From assembly GCA_963759575.1 (NCBI GenBank), contig CAVWZU010000001.1, positions 36,020-100,019 of the forward strand: a stretch of 64,000 bases of DNA. The letters run 5' to 3'. The stretch is from an uncultured Nitrososphaeraceae archaeon (GTDB lineage: Archaea; Thermoproteota; Nitrososphaeria; Nitrososphaerales; Nitrososphaeraceae). The position numbers were made by a program, and so were the translations under genes. Below are positions 22,800 to 34,255 of the stretch, one piece after another. Numbering within the stretch: position 1 is the first letter of the stretch; each line of letters begins with the position of its first letter. Under the pieces are notes generated by a model. That model was not told the DNA's origin. It saw only the letters and a list, made by a program, of their open reading frames with translations, and made no database searches.

Positions 22800-24301
22800 G
22801 TGAAATGCGAGAACCCTGTCATGAATCAAATCCTTGATGCTTATAAACCAATGTGGTCGCTAAAACATGCCATTTCTCTAATGGGTTGGGACTTTGAAAC
22901 TTATATGCCTAGAGAAGGAACAGAAGAAAGAGGAGTAGCCGATTCTCAGCTTCACATGCTACACAAGGATCTTCTGCTAAATAGAGACTTTTATTGGTCT
23001 TGTTGAGTCGGCCAAGACACTGGGTAGCCTTAGTGACTTTGAGAAGGGAATTGTACCAGGTCCTGGACAGAGAAATAACTAAGCAGATCAAGATACCCAA
23101 AGAATTGACTGAAGCAGAATCACTGGTAAGAATGAGGGGAAACATGGCGTGGAGAGAAGCGAGGGCAAAATCTGATTTTAAGATGTACGAACCACACTTG
23201 AGCAAAATGATAGAAATAAAGAAGCAAATCGCTGAGAAGAGGGGTTATGAAAAGCATCCTTATGACGCGCTTTTGGATACATTCGAAGAAGACCTTACTA
23301 TAGATGACATGGATAAAGTATTTGGTGTATTGACTCCGCGTATTCAGAAAATTCTGAAAAAACTTGTAGATTCAGGCAGCCCGTTCTGTAAAGAGAGCAA
23401 ACTTGCAGAGTCAAAGTATGATATCAATAAAGTGGATGATCTCAATCATGATATTTTGACTCTTTTGCAATACGACATGAAACGTTTCAGAATGGATATA
23501 TCTACTCATCCTTTCACCGAAACTATGGGTCTCAACGATATCAGAATAACTACTCGGTATGAAGGAACAGATTTCAAAAAGTCGATATTTAGTACCATTC
23601 ATGAGGGTGGTCATGCTTTGTATAACCTACAATGCAATCAATCATTGTCTTTTACTCCCATTGAAGGCGGATCTTCACTTGGACTCCATGAATCTCAGTC
23701 AAGATTTTGGGAGAACATTGTGTGCAGAAGTTTACCTTTTGTTCAGCTTATGGCTCCATTGATTAGAAAACAAGTACAATTCGCAAACCAAACAACAGAT
23801 GACGAATTGTACCTTTATTTCAATAATGTCAAGGCTGATTATATACGAGTTGACGCCGATGAGGTTACTTACAATTTACATATAGCAGTAAGATATGAGA
23901 TAGAGAAGAAAATATTTGGAGATGAGCTTAGTGTATCGGAGATTCCTGAATTCTGGAACGATAGGATGGAGCAGCTGCTTGGGGTGAGACCGACTAACGA
24001 TTCACAAGGGGTGCTTCAAGATACACATTGGAGCAGTAGCCTTTTTGGCTATTTCCCTACTTACACTTTGGGAAATTTGGTTTCAGCAATCATTTCTTCA
24101 AAGATGCGCAAAGATCTGGAAAGCTACGAGGAAGACATCAAGAGGGGTAATTTTGATCCTATTAGAGAATGGTTAAGATTAAAAATTCACCAATTTGGAT
24201 CTGCTTATGCCCCCAAAGTACTTCTTGATAAAAGCCTGAATGAAGGATATAACCCTGATTATTTTGTTACCTATATTGAGACTAAATATCTTGACTCCTA
24301 A
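22800..24301 (+). CDS. Carboxypeptidase family M32 (Taq-like), with two +1 frameshifts near 22990 and 23056
   Basis: HPYDALLD, HPF, DIRITTRY, TIHEGGHALY (HExxH), LHESQSRFWEN, IRVDADEVTYNLH, GYFPTYTLG. The N-terminal LMGWDFETYMP is in another frame. Confidence 0.9.
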
Positions 24302-24883
24302 TTCCTTCTCTTTTTAATTGGAACTGTATCTTGATTCTAATAATATTTTTGTAAATTTCCATCGATGACAACATGAATTCAGACACACTTGAATTATGAA
24401 CCAAATCCAATGTAGTCCTTTGTCTATTTAAGTAACTATATATGATACAATTACAGTTGGCATAATTACTTAGTCCAGCAAAAAGAAATAAAGGCCAGTT
24501 TATGTCCTTCTGTTCTAAATATTTGAGATTATCTTATTTCAGACGTTTTTCATTATTAACTATTTTAAGGAAACAACACTGTTGATCTCGCCTGTAGATT
24601 GTCCCGGAAAGATATTTTCATCATATCTAGAATTATGGTGCACTTACTGAATGATATGTCTATTTTAGGATTAGCATCCATACAAAAACCTTTTTGAGGT
24701 CAAAACAGCAATAATATACTGATATATTTACGAATTTTCAAGTAATATAATGTGTCGTTAAGTAACTATATTGACCAGATTACTTTTAATTATTATCTTA
24801 TTTTTGTCGTTTTAATTTGTCTTTTTAGATGGGAATTTGGTATATAGTTAAAAACTATTACGGCTATTTTCTGATAGAATCGT

Positions 24884-25126
24884 TTGGATAATGTATTAAA
24901 AATCACTCTTAAACGCCAAATTCCTTTTCTAATTGGAGGTACAATAACTGGTATTATAATGACATATTTCTATGCCTTTCTGTTTACCATTGTAGTCAAT
25001 AGCATCATCTGGTTCGGAATATCACTTGTAGTCAATAAATATTACTGGCATTATACTGGTTTTAAAGATGAAATGTATCTTTTTAGAAAATATTTGATTA
25101 ACAGAAACAAAACTAAAACTAGATAA
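24884..25126 (+). CDS. Small membrane protein
   Basis: 80 aa with two hydrophobic helices. Confidence 0.6.
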   Translation: MDNVLKITLKRQIPFLIGGTITGIIMTYFYAFLFTIVVNSIIWFGISLVVNKYYWHYTGFKDEMYLFRKYLINRNKTKTR

Positions 25127-25576
25127 TTAGATTTTTAGTACCAAAAAGAATGGTCGTGGTATTTATTAATACCAAGTCAAATTTAATGAGGGGTGCTAGA
25201 ATGTTCCTTTAATTCTTGTCGTGAGTCAAAAGTCTGCCCACATTTTTCACATGAAAATGTTGCCTCTACATTTGTAGAACTTTCATCTGAATTTTTTCCA
25301 CTATCTACTTCAAAATTATTCATAATATAATATTAGACGGCAAATTATATTAAGATCTAATTTCCCTTCAAAGTACAAAGAGCTGAAGTAATATTCCTAA
25401 AATTTTGGAATGGTTGTTTTGCTCCAAATAAATGTTTACAGAATTGGTCTTATGACTCGTCAATTGCTAAGGACCATTTAGATATCTTTGCTATGCACAC
25501 TTAATAATTCATCCTTATCTCATTGAACCTGAATTCTTATACTTATCTATTTAATATATATTAAATACATTACTGT

Positions 25577-26287
25577 ATGACTTATTCTAAATTGTGGTCT
25601 TTTGCATCCCAATCAAAGATTAAGATATGGTCGATGGCATTATCAATATTTTTATTCATGGGATTGTACGTTGTCACATTTTCTATAGAACAGTACAGTA
25701 CTGTCCAGGCACAAAGACAATCTAACGATACCGCTACTACTGTTACTGTTACTCCCATGAACGCTACTCAAGTTAATGCTACTTCTGCTAATACTACAAA
25801 ACCGGTTGATGGCTATGGAGGTCCACCGACAGGTCCATTAAATGCGGTTCGACACGTATTTGATGATCCTACGCTTAGGGTGTACCATTTTTGTAAACTA
25901 AATGACAAAATAATGATGGTGTGTCAACTATATGACAGCAGCTCTCCAAATGCAACATTGATAGGAGTAGAATACATGGTTGACTCTAAGACATATCAAG
26001 CATTACCAGATAGAGAAAAACCAAACTGGCATTATCATGAAGAAGAGTTTTCCCCAGATAGGGCAAATCCAAAATTCCCATTGCTAAATGATCAACAACA
26101 AAAAGAATGGTTGGTGAAATTATCAGAGTCATATGGAAAGGTTATACTGATTTGGAATCCTATGGATACATTACCTGTATTCCCTCCTCAAATACAACAA
26201 GTACAACATCCTTTCTTGGTGAATCAATCAGTCAATAATAATACTGAAAAATATGTTGGTAGCTTTAATCAAACATTAGACTACTAA
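25577..26287 (+). CDS. Secreted DUF1264/OBAP-like protein
   Basis: YHFCK...VCQLYDS...ATLIGVEYM...LPDREKPNWHYH...YGK. Confidence 0.8.
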   Translation: MTYSKLWSFASQSKIKIWSMALSIFLFMGLYVVTFSIEQYSTVQAQRQSNDTATTVTVTPMNATQVNATSANTTKPVDGYGGPPTGPLNAVRHVFDDPTLRVYHFCKLNDKIMMVCQLYDSSSPNATLIGVEYMVDSKTYQALPDREKPNWHYHEEEFSPDRANPKFPLLNDQQQKEWLVKLSESYGKVILIWNPMDTLPVFPPQIQQVQHPFLVNQSVNNNTEKYVGSFNQTLDY

Positions 26288-26560
26288 CCTATTGCTTAGA
26301 AATAAGGATAACAATGACCAAACCAAAATCTTTAATTATTAAATTCCATTCTGAAATTAGGGTGCCCATGCATATGAGGCTTTTAATCAAATCACTCTAG
26401 CCTAAGTAGATACAACAATTGCAATAATTTGTAATCAACATTCATTTTGTTTACCCGGAAATGAAAACACGAATTGCAGAATTAAAATAAGAAACATTGG
26501 GAACAAAAAAGTAATTTCTTTAGTGGACTTATTTAAATTTTTATATCTTATATTATTTTA

Positions 26561-27058
26561 GTGCCAAACAAAAAAGAAAACATAGAAAATCTACACAAGA
26601 AATTGGGCGAAGTTCTAGGTTTAGAACGAGCAGCTCAAAACGCAGTGACTGAATTAATATCAATGAAGTTATTAAAATCTGATACCAAAACTGAAGCTAA
26701 AGAAATCCAAGGAGAGGCAAGTACACATGAGGAAAAGATTCAAGAAGTTGCTAGTATTTTTTCAGAAGATAAAGATGTAAGGCTGGATATAGCCCAAGTA
26801 GAGGAATCTGCCAAAGAAACAGAGGAAAAAGCCGCCAAGATCATGAAAACATATCTTGGAGAGAAACCGGACACTTCAGAAGCATTAGAATTTTTATGTT
26901 TAGCTGAAGGTGGTGAGGTCGCTCATTATGAGGTTTTACATGCTATTTGTGGAAACTTTGATAATAAAAAGGCGTTATCAACAGTCAAATCTATCCTAAA
27001 AGAAGAACAAAGACATCTTTCTCAATGTATCGATCTGGCAAAATCGGCAGTTTCATAA
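26561..27058 (+). CDS. Ferritin-like four-helix bundle protein
   Basis: GLE...EASTHE...AEGGEVAHYE...EEQRH matches the E/ExxH di-metal pattern. Confidence 0.75.
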   Translation: MPNKKENIENLHKKLGEVLGLERAAQNAVTELISMKLLKSDTKTEAKEIQGEASTHEEKIQEVASIFSEDKDVRLDIAQVEESAKETEEKAAKIMKTYLGEKPDTSEALEFLCLAEGGEVAHYEVLHAICGNFDNKKALSTVKSILKEEQRHLSQCIDLAKSAVS

Positions 27059-27253
27059 TGAAATAGTTGCCTAGGTCGTCATGATAAGAAATCGTCTTTT
27101 ATTTGATATATAATGATTTTATCTTTACTTTGAGGTAAGTATGACAAATAAACAAAGAAGGATGAAATTTAGTCAAAGTTTTATGTTAATTAACATATTA
27201 ACATGTATGTTTTTACATGACACATTATTAGAAAAAGTATGCACAATGGACTT

Positions 27254-27280
27254 CACCTATAAACTACTGCCTTATAGGTG
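27254..27280. other. 9-bp perfect inverted repeat between convergent genes
   Basis: cacctataa-N9-ttataggtg. Confidence 0.45.
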
Positions 27281-27371
27281 TGCTTCGTTAGTGTAATAGA
27301 TATCTAATGGCTCATGCTGATGAGTTGAAGGTGTCGGCAGAGACACCCAGCTTGATGAGGTCGATTATAAA

Positions 27372-27797
27372 TCAGTTAGTCGAATTGCCCATCCCTATAG
27401 TAGTTTCATTAAATGGGATTGTAGTTTTGTTTGCAATAGTGGTAGTCGCGGGACCTGTAGCCTGTACTACTGTTTTATTTTCTATATTTGACAAGTTTCC
27501 AGTTTGAGATGTTATTGTCTGATTTCCTAGGGGTTGAAGTTGAGATTGGTCAATAGGGTTAGTCGTTTGATTGACTGTAACTGTTGTTTGTTCAGCTGGA
27601 ATAGTCGTCTGATTTACAATAATGGTTTGAGGCTTATCGGTGATTGTTGCCATTGTATCATTTTGAGAATTTAGTTCGGAGGGTTGACTTTGATTTTGAG
27701 CTTTAACACTATTTATAGAATTCATACTAATTGCAGGAACTATTGCTAATCCAACTGCTATTAGAAAAATCATAAACATATTTGAAAGATTCGTCAT
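27372..27797 (-). CDS. Secreted Thr/Asn/Gln-rich protein
   Basis: Signal peptide ends VKA-Q; many NxT/S sequons (NQT, NKT, NET, NLS). Confidence 0.75.
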   Translation of the reverse strand: MTNLSNMFMIFLIAVGLAIVPAISMNSINSVKAQNQSQPSELNSQNDTMATITDKPQTIIVNQTTIPAEQTTVTVNQTTNPIDQSQLQPLGNQTITSQTGNLSNIENKTVVQATGPATTTIANKTTIPFNETTIGMGNSTN

Positions 27798-28450
27798 TAC
27801 TATTATTTAGGTATGATGGTTGATATAGTACCATATTTAGGAATATCCATTACTTTAAAGGTAAATGGCTAAAACAACTGCATTTAGATCGTGCATTGAA
27901 CATCCATACCATACTAGGAAAGCATTCAATGCCAGATGGTGTTTACTTTCATTTTGCTAGTGGAGAGACAATTGACTTACATATTGTAACAGCGGACAAT
28001 AATTCATATTTTAACCCTTACTTAATCGACTTCCTCGGCCGTGACTTGACTTAATGAACAACAATAAGAACGGCATTTTTTTAACAATGACCTTTCGCAA
28101 GTTAAAATTCGTTAATTATGTAATTTCCAAATAGACAAAGCTGAAGGAACCTCCTTCGTAATAAACTACCAATTAACAAGTATAAAGACAAGATACCATT
28201 AAAGAGGCACTTCATTCCTTCAGGAATAATGTACCATTGAATTAATTTTTAAAAAACATATTGTATATCAAGTATGTAGTGCTTATTATTGTATTACTAT
28301 TATTATTACTATTATTAATAGTATCTCGTTGCAACTTTATGCTTAATCAATGTCAAAACTCTAAGTATGAGACGTTTCCTAATATGTTAGGTGATCTGCT
28401 ATCAACTATAAAAAAACAGATCACAATACCATCAACTTAGAGAACAATAA

Positions 28451-28753
28451 TTACCTATCGTCTTCATCTATCGCCTCATATTGATCAATTGCTTTTTTCG
28501 TAGCGAATATCGCTTCTGCATCATTGGGATTAACAAAAATATATCCATTCCTAAGTAAAATATCTCTTACGTGTTGGCGGGTTTCTAAGTTTGAATAATC
28601 ATATTTGTTATTGGGTTCGCTCATACAAGCCTCCTTGTAAGCTTGCTTAAACGCAATTGCAGTCTTTAGATTACCTTTTGTCTTTTCAATTATACTTTTT
28701 ACAACTAGATAGACTAACTGGCGCACCTCTGGAGAAACATTATCAGATATCAT
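28451..28753 (-). CDS. Hypothetical protein
   Basis: 100-aa ATG ORF with globular composition. Confidence 0.65.
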   Translation of the reverse strand: MISDNVSPEVRQLVYLVVKSIIEKTKGNLKTAIAFKQAYKEACMSEPNNKYDYSNLETRQHVRDILLRNGYIFVNPNDAEAIFATKKAIDQYEAIDEDDR

Positions 28754-29077
28754 AATTACTTACTGTAGAATAAGATTTTATTTAATCACTATACTATTTT
28801 TCAACTACTACCTGATCCCGTCTATGATGCAGACGTATATTTTTAAAATGGATATAAATCAGTCTTTTGTGACGGTAGCTATAAATACTGCAACCCTAAA
28901 TTTGAGGGAATTCTGTAATTCAAAGAATAGTAAGTAATTGCGTAGCCTTTGGAAGCCAATAGATGATGATATTAAATGAACAATTCTTCACCAATAACCC
29001 TGCTTATCGTAATTTAATTTTTGGTAGTGTTGTAATAATCATAAATAAAAAAATATGAAGAATAAGACCGTAAATTG

Positions 29078-29488
29078 TTATTTGGTAGTATTTGAAAGCT
29101 TATCATCTGTATCTCTTTCTAATCTGGGCCCTATTGATGCTCTTCCACCACCGGCTCTTGAGCCCCCAATTTCAACTACCTCGTCAAAATTACTCAGATA
29201 ACGTAGGGTTTCAAACTTCACACGATGCTCTATGGCAGCATGCTCTCCATATTCTTCATCCTTATGAAAAGCTGGAACTACCCCTAAATCCTTGATTATT
29301 GTCTCGCGAAAAGCATCTGTATTAGAACCATCTTTCAAAAAGACCTGAAGTGTATATCCAGGATACTCATCCTCCTTTAAAGTTTGTAATAATTCCATGA
29401 TCAATTTGGTCTCTACTTTAGGTAGGCACGTTCTCATGGCATCCTCAAATTCAATAAATTTTTTTTTGATACCATCTGTACAATCCAT
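29078..29488 (-). CDS. Hypothetical protein
   Basis: 136-aa ORF with AGGTGA SD-like motif and a TATA-like stretch upstream. Confidence 0.7.
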   Translation of the reverse strand: MDCTDGIKKKFIEFEDAMRTCLPKVETKLIMELLQTLKEDEYPGYTLQVFLKDGSNTDAFRETIIKDLGVVPAFHKDEEYGEHAAIEHRVKFETLRYLSNFDEVVEIGGSRAGGGRASIGPRLERDTDDKLSNTTK

Positions 29489-29940
29489 ATGATTTCACCT
29501 TTTATTATATATTATAGTATAAATATTACATCGTTTTTCTAAGAAATATCTTTTTTGCTGGTAAACATCTCAAGATACCTATCGATACATTCCAGGTAGT
29601 AATTTGTTTGACTTGGTGGCCTAATTTTTCAAAAATATTAGAAATATTCGAATAAAATATTTGAGGAATAATCTATATATTTTATTACATAGAAAATATA
29701 GAGCTATAATAAAGATAGGAGCACCAGTTCCTTATAAATATGCAAACTGATGTTTTCCTCTTAGTTACTGATTTTTTTATAATTTCACTGACAATTTCAT
29801 TAGGTCTATATTCAAGCCTAGAAAAAATTCTTGTGGAGCTCCAGGCATAATAGATATTTCAATACTTTCAGGAAACTACAAGAGGTCTATTCAATTAGTC
29901 AATTGTTTAACCTAATAAAATATAATATACTAGAACATTT

Positions 29941-30951
29941 GTGTCAAAATCAGCAGAGGTTAGAACAAGATTAAGTATTCAAGCATCCCATGAGCAAATT
30001 AATCCTATTGACTTGTTAGATGATGTGATATATCTAGATAAAAAGGAGATAGAACGTTGTTGGACTAGTGATCATTATATGCCTTGGTGGAATACAGGAG
30101 CTTCAGGAGGGGCTGCATGGCCATGGATGGGAGCTGCTTTAGCCAAAACTAAAAAATTGGTTATCGGAACTGGGGTAACAGCTCCTATTCTAAGATATCA
30201 TCCTGCAATAGTAGCACAAGTATTTGCAACCTTGGCCTATATGTTTCCAAAAAGAGTATTCTTAGGAATAGGAAGGGGGGAGGCACTAAACGAAGTGCCT
30301 TCTGGAAATATTTGGCCAACAAATAAAGAGAAATTCAGCCGTCTGAAAGAATCCATTAAGCTAATAAAAAAATTATGGACAGAAGATTGGGTTAATTTTA
30401 ATGGAGAATTTTATTCAGTCAAAGATTCTAAATTATATACCAAACCCCGTAATCCAATTCCAATATATATCGCTGGTCTAGGGACTCAATCTGCTCAGCT
30501 AGCCGGTGAGGAGGGAAACGGTTTTGTGACAAACGAATTGGACATAAACAAAATAAAGGATTCTCTTTTACCTGCAGTAAAAAAAGGATGTTTTAAATCA
30601 GGAAAAGACTATGAGAAACTAGAAAAAATATTATTTATTCCTGGGTCATATGATGAAAATAAACAAAAGGCAATAGAATCAATTAGATTTTGGAGAGGAT
30701 CAATGATTAAGGCATTCTTTGACGTTGATGTACATGATCCAAGAAAGATTGAAGAAAATGGTCAGGTTATTGATGATGATTCTTTGCAGAACAAATTATT
30801 CGTTATATCTGATGAAGAGGAAGGAATCAAGAAACTGCAACAATATATAGATCTTGGATTTACTGAAATTGTATTTACCAATTCTAGTCCTGATAGAAAG
30901 AAATTTGTAGATATCTTAATAAAAATATCCAATATCATAAACAATCAATAA
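29941..30951 (+). CDS. F420-dependent LLM-class oxidoreductase (Fgd/G6PDH-like)
   Basis: ASHEQ, WTSDHYMPW, IGTGVTAPILRYHPAIVAQVFATL, LGIGRGEALNE. Confidence 0.9.
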   Translation: MSKSAEVRTRLSIQASHEQINPIDLLDDVIYLDKKEIERCWTSDHYMPWWNTGASGGAAWPWMGAALAKTKKLVIGTGVTAPILRYHPAIVAQVFATLAYMFPKRVFLGIGRGEALNEVPSGNIWPTNKEKFSRLKESIKLIKKLWTEDWVNFNGEFYSVKDSKLYTKPRNPIPIYIAGLGTQSAQLAGEEGNGFVTNELDINKIKDSLLPAVKKGCFKSGKDYEKLEKILFIPGSYDENKQKAIESIRFWRGSMIKAFFDVDVHDPRKIEENGQVIDDDSLQNKLFVISDEEEGIKKLQQYIDLGFTEIVFTNSSPDRKKFVDILIKISNIINNQ

Positions 30952-31338
30952 GTAGATGCCATTATCATGCTTCACATTTTTTGTGAGGAAATAAAACCCT
31001 CATTAATCTCATTAATCTACAAATCTAAGATTTTTTAAATTATTATTCTTGTAAATTCAATACATTCATAGAGGGAATCGTTGGGAGTAATAAATAAGAT
31101 ACTGGTTAATGATATACCTAGGCCGACTTGTTACAATTAAAAAATAAATTTTATGATAATGATACATATTAATCATCAAAAAAATCTATCTACAGATCTA
31201 AAGTATTCAAGTTTTCTGTTTTATACTTAGGTTAAACATATGAACGGGACGATTTTAACATATACAAACTTTTTCTGAGCAATATCCAGGTCGAAAAATA
31301 TATTTCGTGTAACTTAAGAACAGGGAGGACATATCTCG

Positions 31339-31536
31339 ATGGTTAATAACAAAATTAAATCTATTTTTTGTATACCTGATGTTAGTAAGAATCCATTGTA
31401 TTCAAAACTGACAGGAGTCAATCAAATACCAACAAACTGCGTCATCCGAGAAGAGTATATTCGATGTTGTAAAGAAAAGATCAATAATGTAAATCATTTT
31501 CACATGGTTCACATTATTATGCCAGTTGGAGTATAA
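31339..31536 (+). pseudogene. Decayed remnant of a C..C..HGPYYY-type small protein gene
   Basis: IPTNCVIREEYIRCCK followed, in a shifted frame, by CKSFSHGSHYYASW. Confidence 0.4.
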
Positions 31537-31677
31537 GTCGGTAGTTGTGATGTAAGCAAACTACAGAACAAATACTTTCGGACTGCTGATCCTAGCTTAT
31601 GGGTATTAAGTTAGATGTTATAAACGGACGTAGTCTTACCCTTAGAACATTTTATACATTGTCGAATAATTTAAGAC

Positions 31678-32365
31678 ATGAAAAAAGTCCTTTGTTTTAC
31701 CTTCTCATGATAAACTAGGAAATACCGGACAAAAAACAGGATATTGGCTTGAGGAATTTGCCAGCCCTTACTATGAGTTCATAGATAATGAATATGAAGT
31801 TACAATCGCATCTCCAAAGGGTGGAAAACCCCCAGTTGATCCAAAGAGCTTACAAGTAGAAAATCAAACCGAATATACTAAACGACTTCAAAATGATAAA
31901 TCCACCATGGAGAAACTAGAAAATACACTTAGCTTGAATCAAGTTTCAACTGGTGACTACGACACATTATTTTTACCGGGCGGCCATGGACCACTGTGGG
32001 ATTTATCCCAAGACAAGGATTTAAAAAAAATAGTAGAAGATTTTTACAATAACAAAAAAATTATTTCTGCAGTTTGTCACGGGCCCGCAGGCTATTTACA
32101 GGCACTGGATAAAAACGGAAATTCTATATTAAAAAACAAAAGAGTAACCGGATTCACCAACAGTGAAGAAGAAACCATCAAACTTGAAAAGACTGTTCCT
32201 TTTCGTTAGAAGATCGACTAAAAGAATTTGGGGGGTAATTTTGAGAAAAGTGAAAACTTCAAACCATTCGTAGTGAGTGACGGAAAGATAATAACAGGAC
32301 AGAATCCTGCATCCGCTTTTCTGGCAGCTAAAAAGGTGGTTGAGAAATTGAGGAAAATGAGTTAG
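31678..32365 (+). CDS. DJ-1/PfpI (type 1 glutamine amidotransferase-like) protein, with three homopolymer indels
   Basis: Reconstruction: MKKVLFVLPSHDKLGNTGQKTGYWLEEFASPYY...PGGHGPLWDL...AVCHGPA...VTGFTNSEE...PFSLEDRL...IITGQNPASA. Confidence 0.88.
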
Positions 32366-32727
32366 AACCTTAGTCTAGACATATTTTCTAATAAGGTCAT
32401 TCTAATAGATTCTTATGAAGTTAGAAAACGTCCAATCAGATTCACGTCTTAATGTTGTGATCAAAGATTGAGCAGTTTGGTTGGTTGACACTACGAATGT
32501 ATTTAGATTTTTAATTTCTTATATGACGGATAAAACAATCAATTCCTTTATCCGTTCTCACAGTAAATAACTTTTTTGTCGATTAGATTTCCTGTCCCGT
32601 TTCTTTGACTATGGACAAGGCTGAACTAAATTTTGTCTATTATTTGACTAGTAATCGAAGATCGAGTAAATGACAAATACTCATAGTAATCGTTTTAATA
32701 ATACGTTACAATGTCATAATTATATAT

Positions 32728-32834
32728 ATGAAAATCATACAATAAAATGTTCATCATGTGGCAAAATATTTGCTTCAAAAGAAGATGAGGCTGTCTGTGA
32801 AGAGTGCTCCAAGGAACTTGAGAATATAAAATAA
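32728..32834 (+). CDS. Putative ~35-aa CxxC/CxxC zinc-ribbon microprotein (needs one extra base after ATG)
   Basis: Frame reads NHTIKCSSCGKIFASKEDEAVCEECSKELENIK*. ATG 32728 is one base out of frame, next to an A4 run. Confidence 0.6.
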
Positions 32835-33692
32835 CGACTATATTTTTAATATAGTAGTAACGTAATATTAAAAATTATCCAAATTTCTAAAAACTGTATC
32901 TTTTCTAAATCAATTCTTAAATCTTAAACTGAATGATCGCAAAGATCAAAACTCAATTATAACCGGGTAGGTCGGACGAGATTTAGAAAATAATTCAATG
33001 CAACTTGTTTAATAGATTTGATTATTGGTGTATGTACCATTCATACTTACTGATTTACAAAATAATTCCCTTCATCACGATTCGGGATACTAATTTGAAA
33101 TGATCATAGATTAAATAATATGTTATACAAAGTATAATGCTTTTAGCGGATAAAACTATAATTTCGCAAGAAACTATAGTCTTATTCAATAAAAGCATTT
33201 TTTGAATTACTAATATACCTAATCATGGAGTTTCAAATATCGCCAACTAAGTGGAGAAAATTAGGCTTTTCTATATGGTGGCCTTACAAATGTATTGGCT
33301 CTCAGTTGCAATTATTATCATACTATGAAACCACCAAATCTTGAAAATCAATTTCATTCTCCTGATTAATGGTAATTTCCAACTAGTGTGAAATTCTCTG
33401 TTTGTCTTACCAACGATCGATACTTTAGTAACCAACCAATCTACCTTAGCTAATATCAATTTGGAGCTTTTAAAATTTAGTAAAATCATGCTAAAGTCAT
33501 TAGATTTTAGAGAACAATTCTTAACTTAAGTAGGGATATTTGCACTACCACAATTTTATTCGTTAAATCAATCTGCTATTTAATGTGCCACAGTTTATTA
33601 TGATGCGAATAATTTGAGACGTGATGGTGATTATAGTAGCAGCTTGTTCTATATACCAAATAGTATATTATTCAACTTGTCAATTGAAAGAA

Positions 33693-34076
33693 ATGAGTCT
33701 GCAGAATAATAAAGTCGTGATGATTTTTTTGGTACGATCCGATATAAAAATGAGCAAAGGACGAATTGCAGGTAAAGTAGCAGATGTTACTCAATATATT
33801 ATAGAGGAATGCATAGAGCGAAAATATATTACCTATACAACTTGGAAGAAATTCCATGACTCTCAAAAAATTGTCTTGAGAGTAAATTCGGAAAGAGAAT
33901 TTTATGACTTGCGTTCAAAACTTATCGAGTTATCTCATGAAATAGGTTTTCCAATCAAGATTGTAAAAGAAGATCAAAAAATAAAGATAGCTGAAAGTAC
34001 GCCCACAGTTTTAGCTTTTGGTCCGATAAACCGAAACACGGTTGAACATATAGTTGCTGATTTAAAACTCTTATGA
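33693..34076 (+). CDS. Peptidyl-tRNA hydrolase 2 (Pth2)-like protein with degenerate active-site motifs
   Basis: MIFLVRSDIKMSKG, QKIVLRV, TVLAFGP and terminal LKLL match the Pth2 fold. AQxxH and DAGxTQ are absent. Confidence 0.8.
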   Translation: MSLQNNKVVMIFLVRSDIKMSKGRIAGKVADVTQYIIEECIERKYITYTTWKKFHDSQKIVLRVNSEREFYDLRSKLIELSHEIGFPIKIVKEDQKIKIAESTPTVLAFGPINRNTVEHIVADLKLL

Positions 34077-34255
34077 ATTTCCACATAAACGCTAAATTAA
34101 TACTCATATACGACTCGAAGTATTTAGATCTTCTCGACCTCAGTTATCTTATTGAATAATGGCTATGACCTGAATAGTGACAGAAAATACTTGGTTCAAA
34201 AATTTGAAATAATTTATAATAAGCATGTTCTTCGAATATTCTAGGAAGAATACAA

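Noticed and set aside
24428-24771. ttaagtaactatat repeated 330 bp apart
   Set aside because: AT-rich 14-mer with only two copies and no clear positional logic.
28283-28320. (TAT/TAC)n low-complexity tract
   Set aside because: Short imperfect microsatellite with no evident function.
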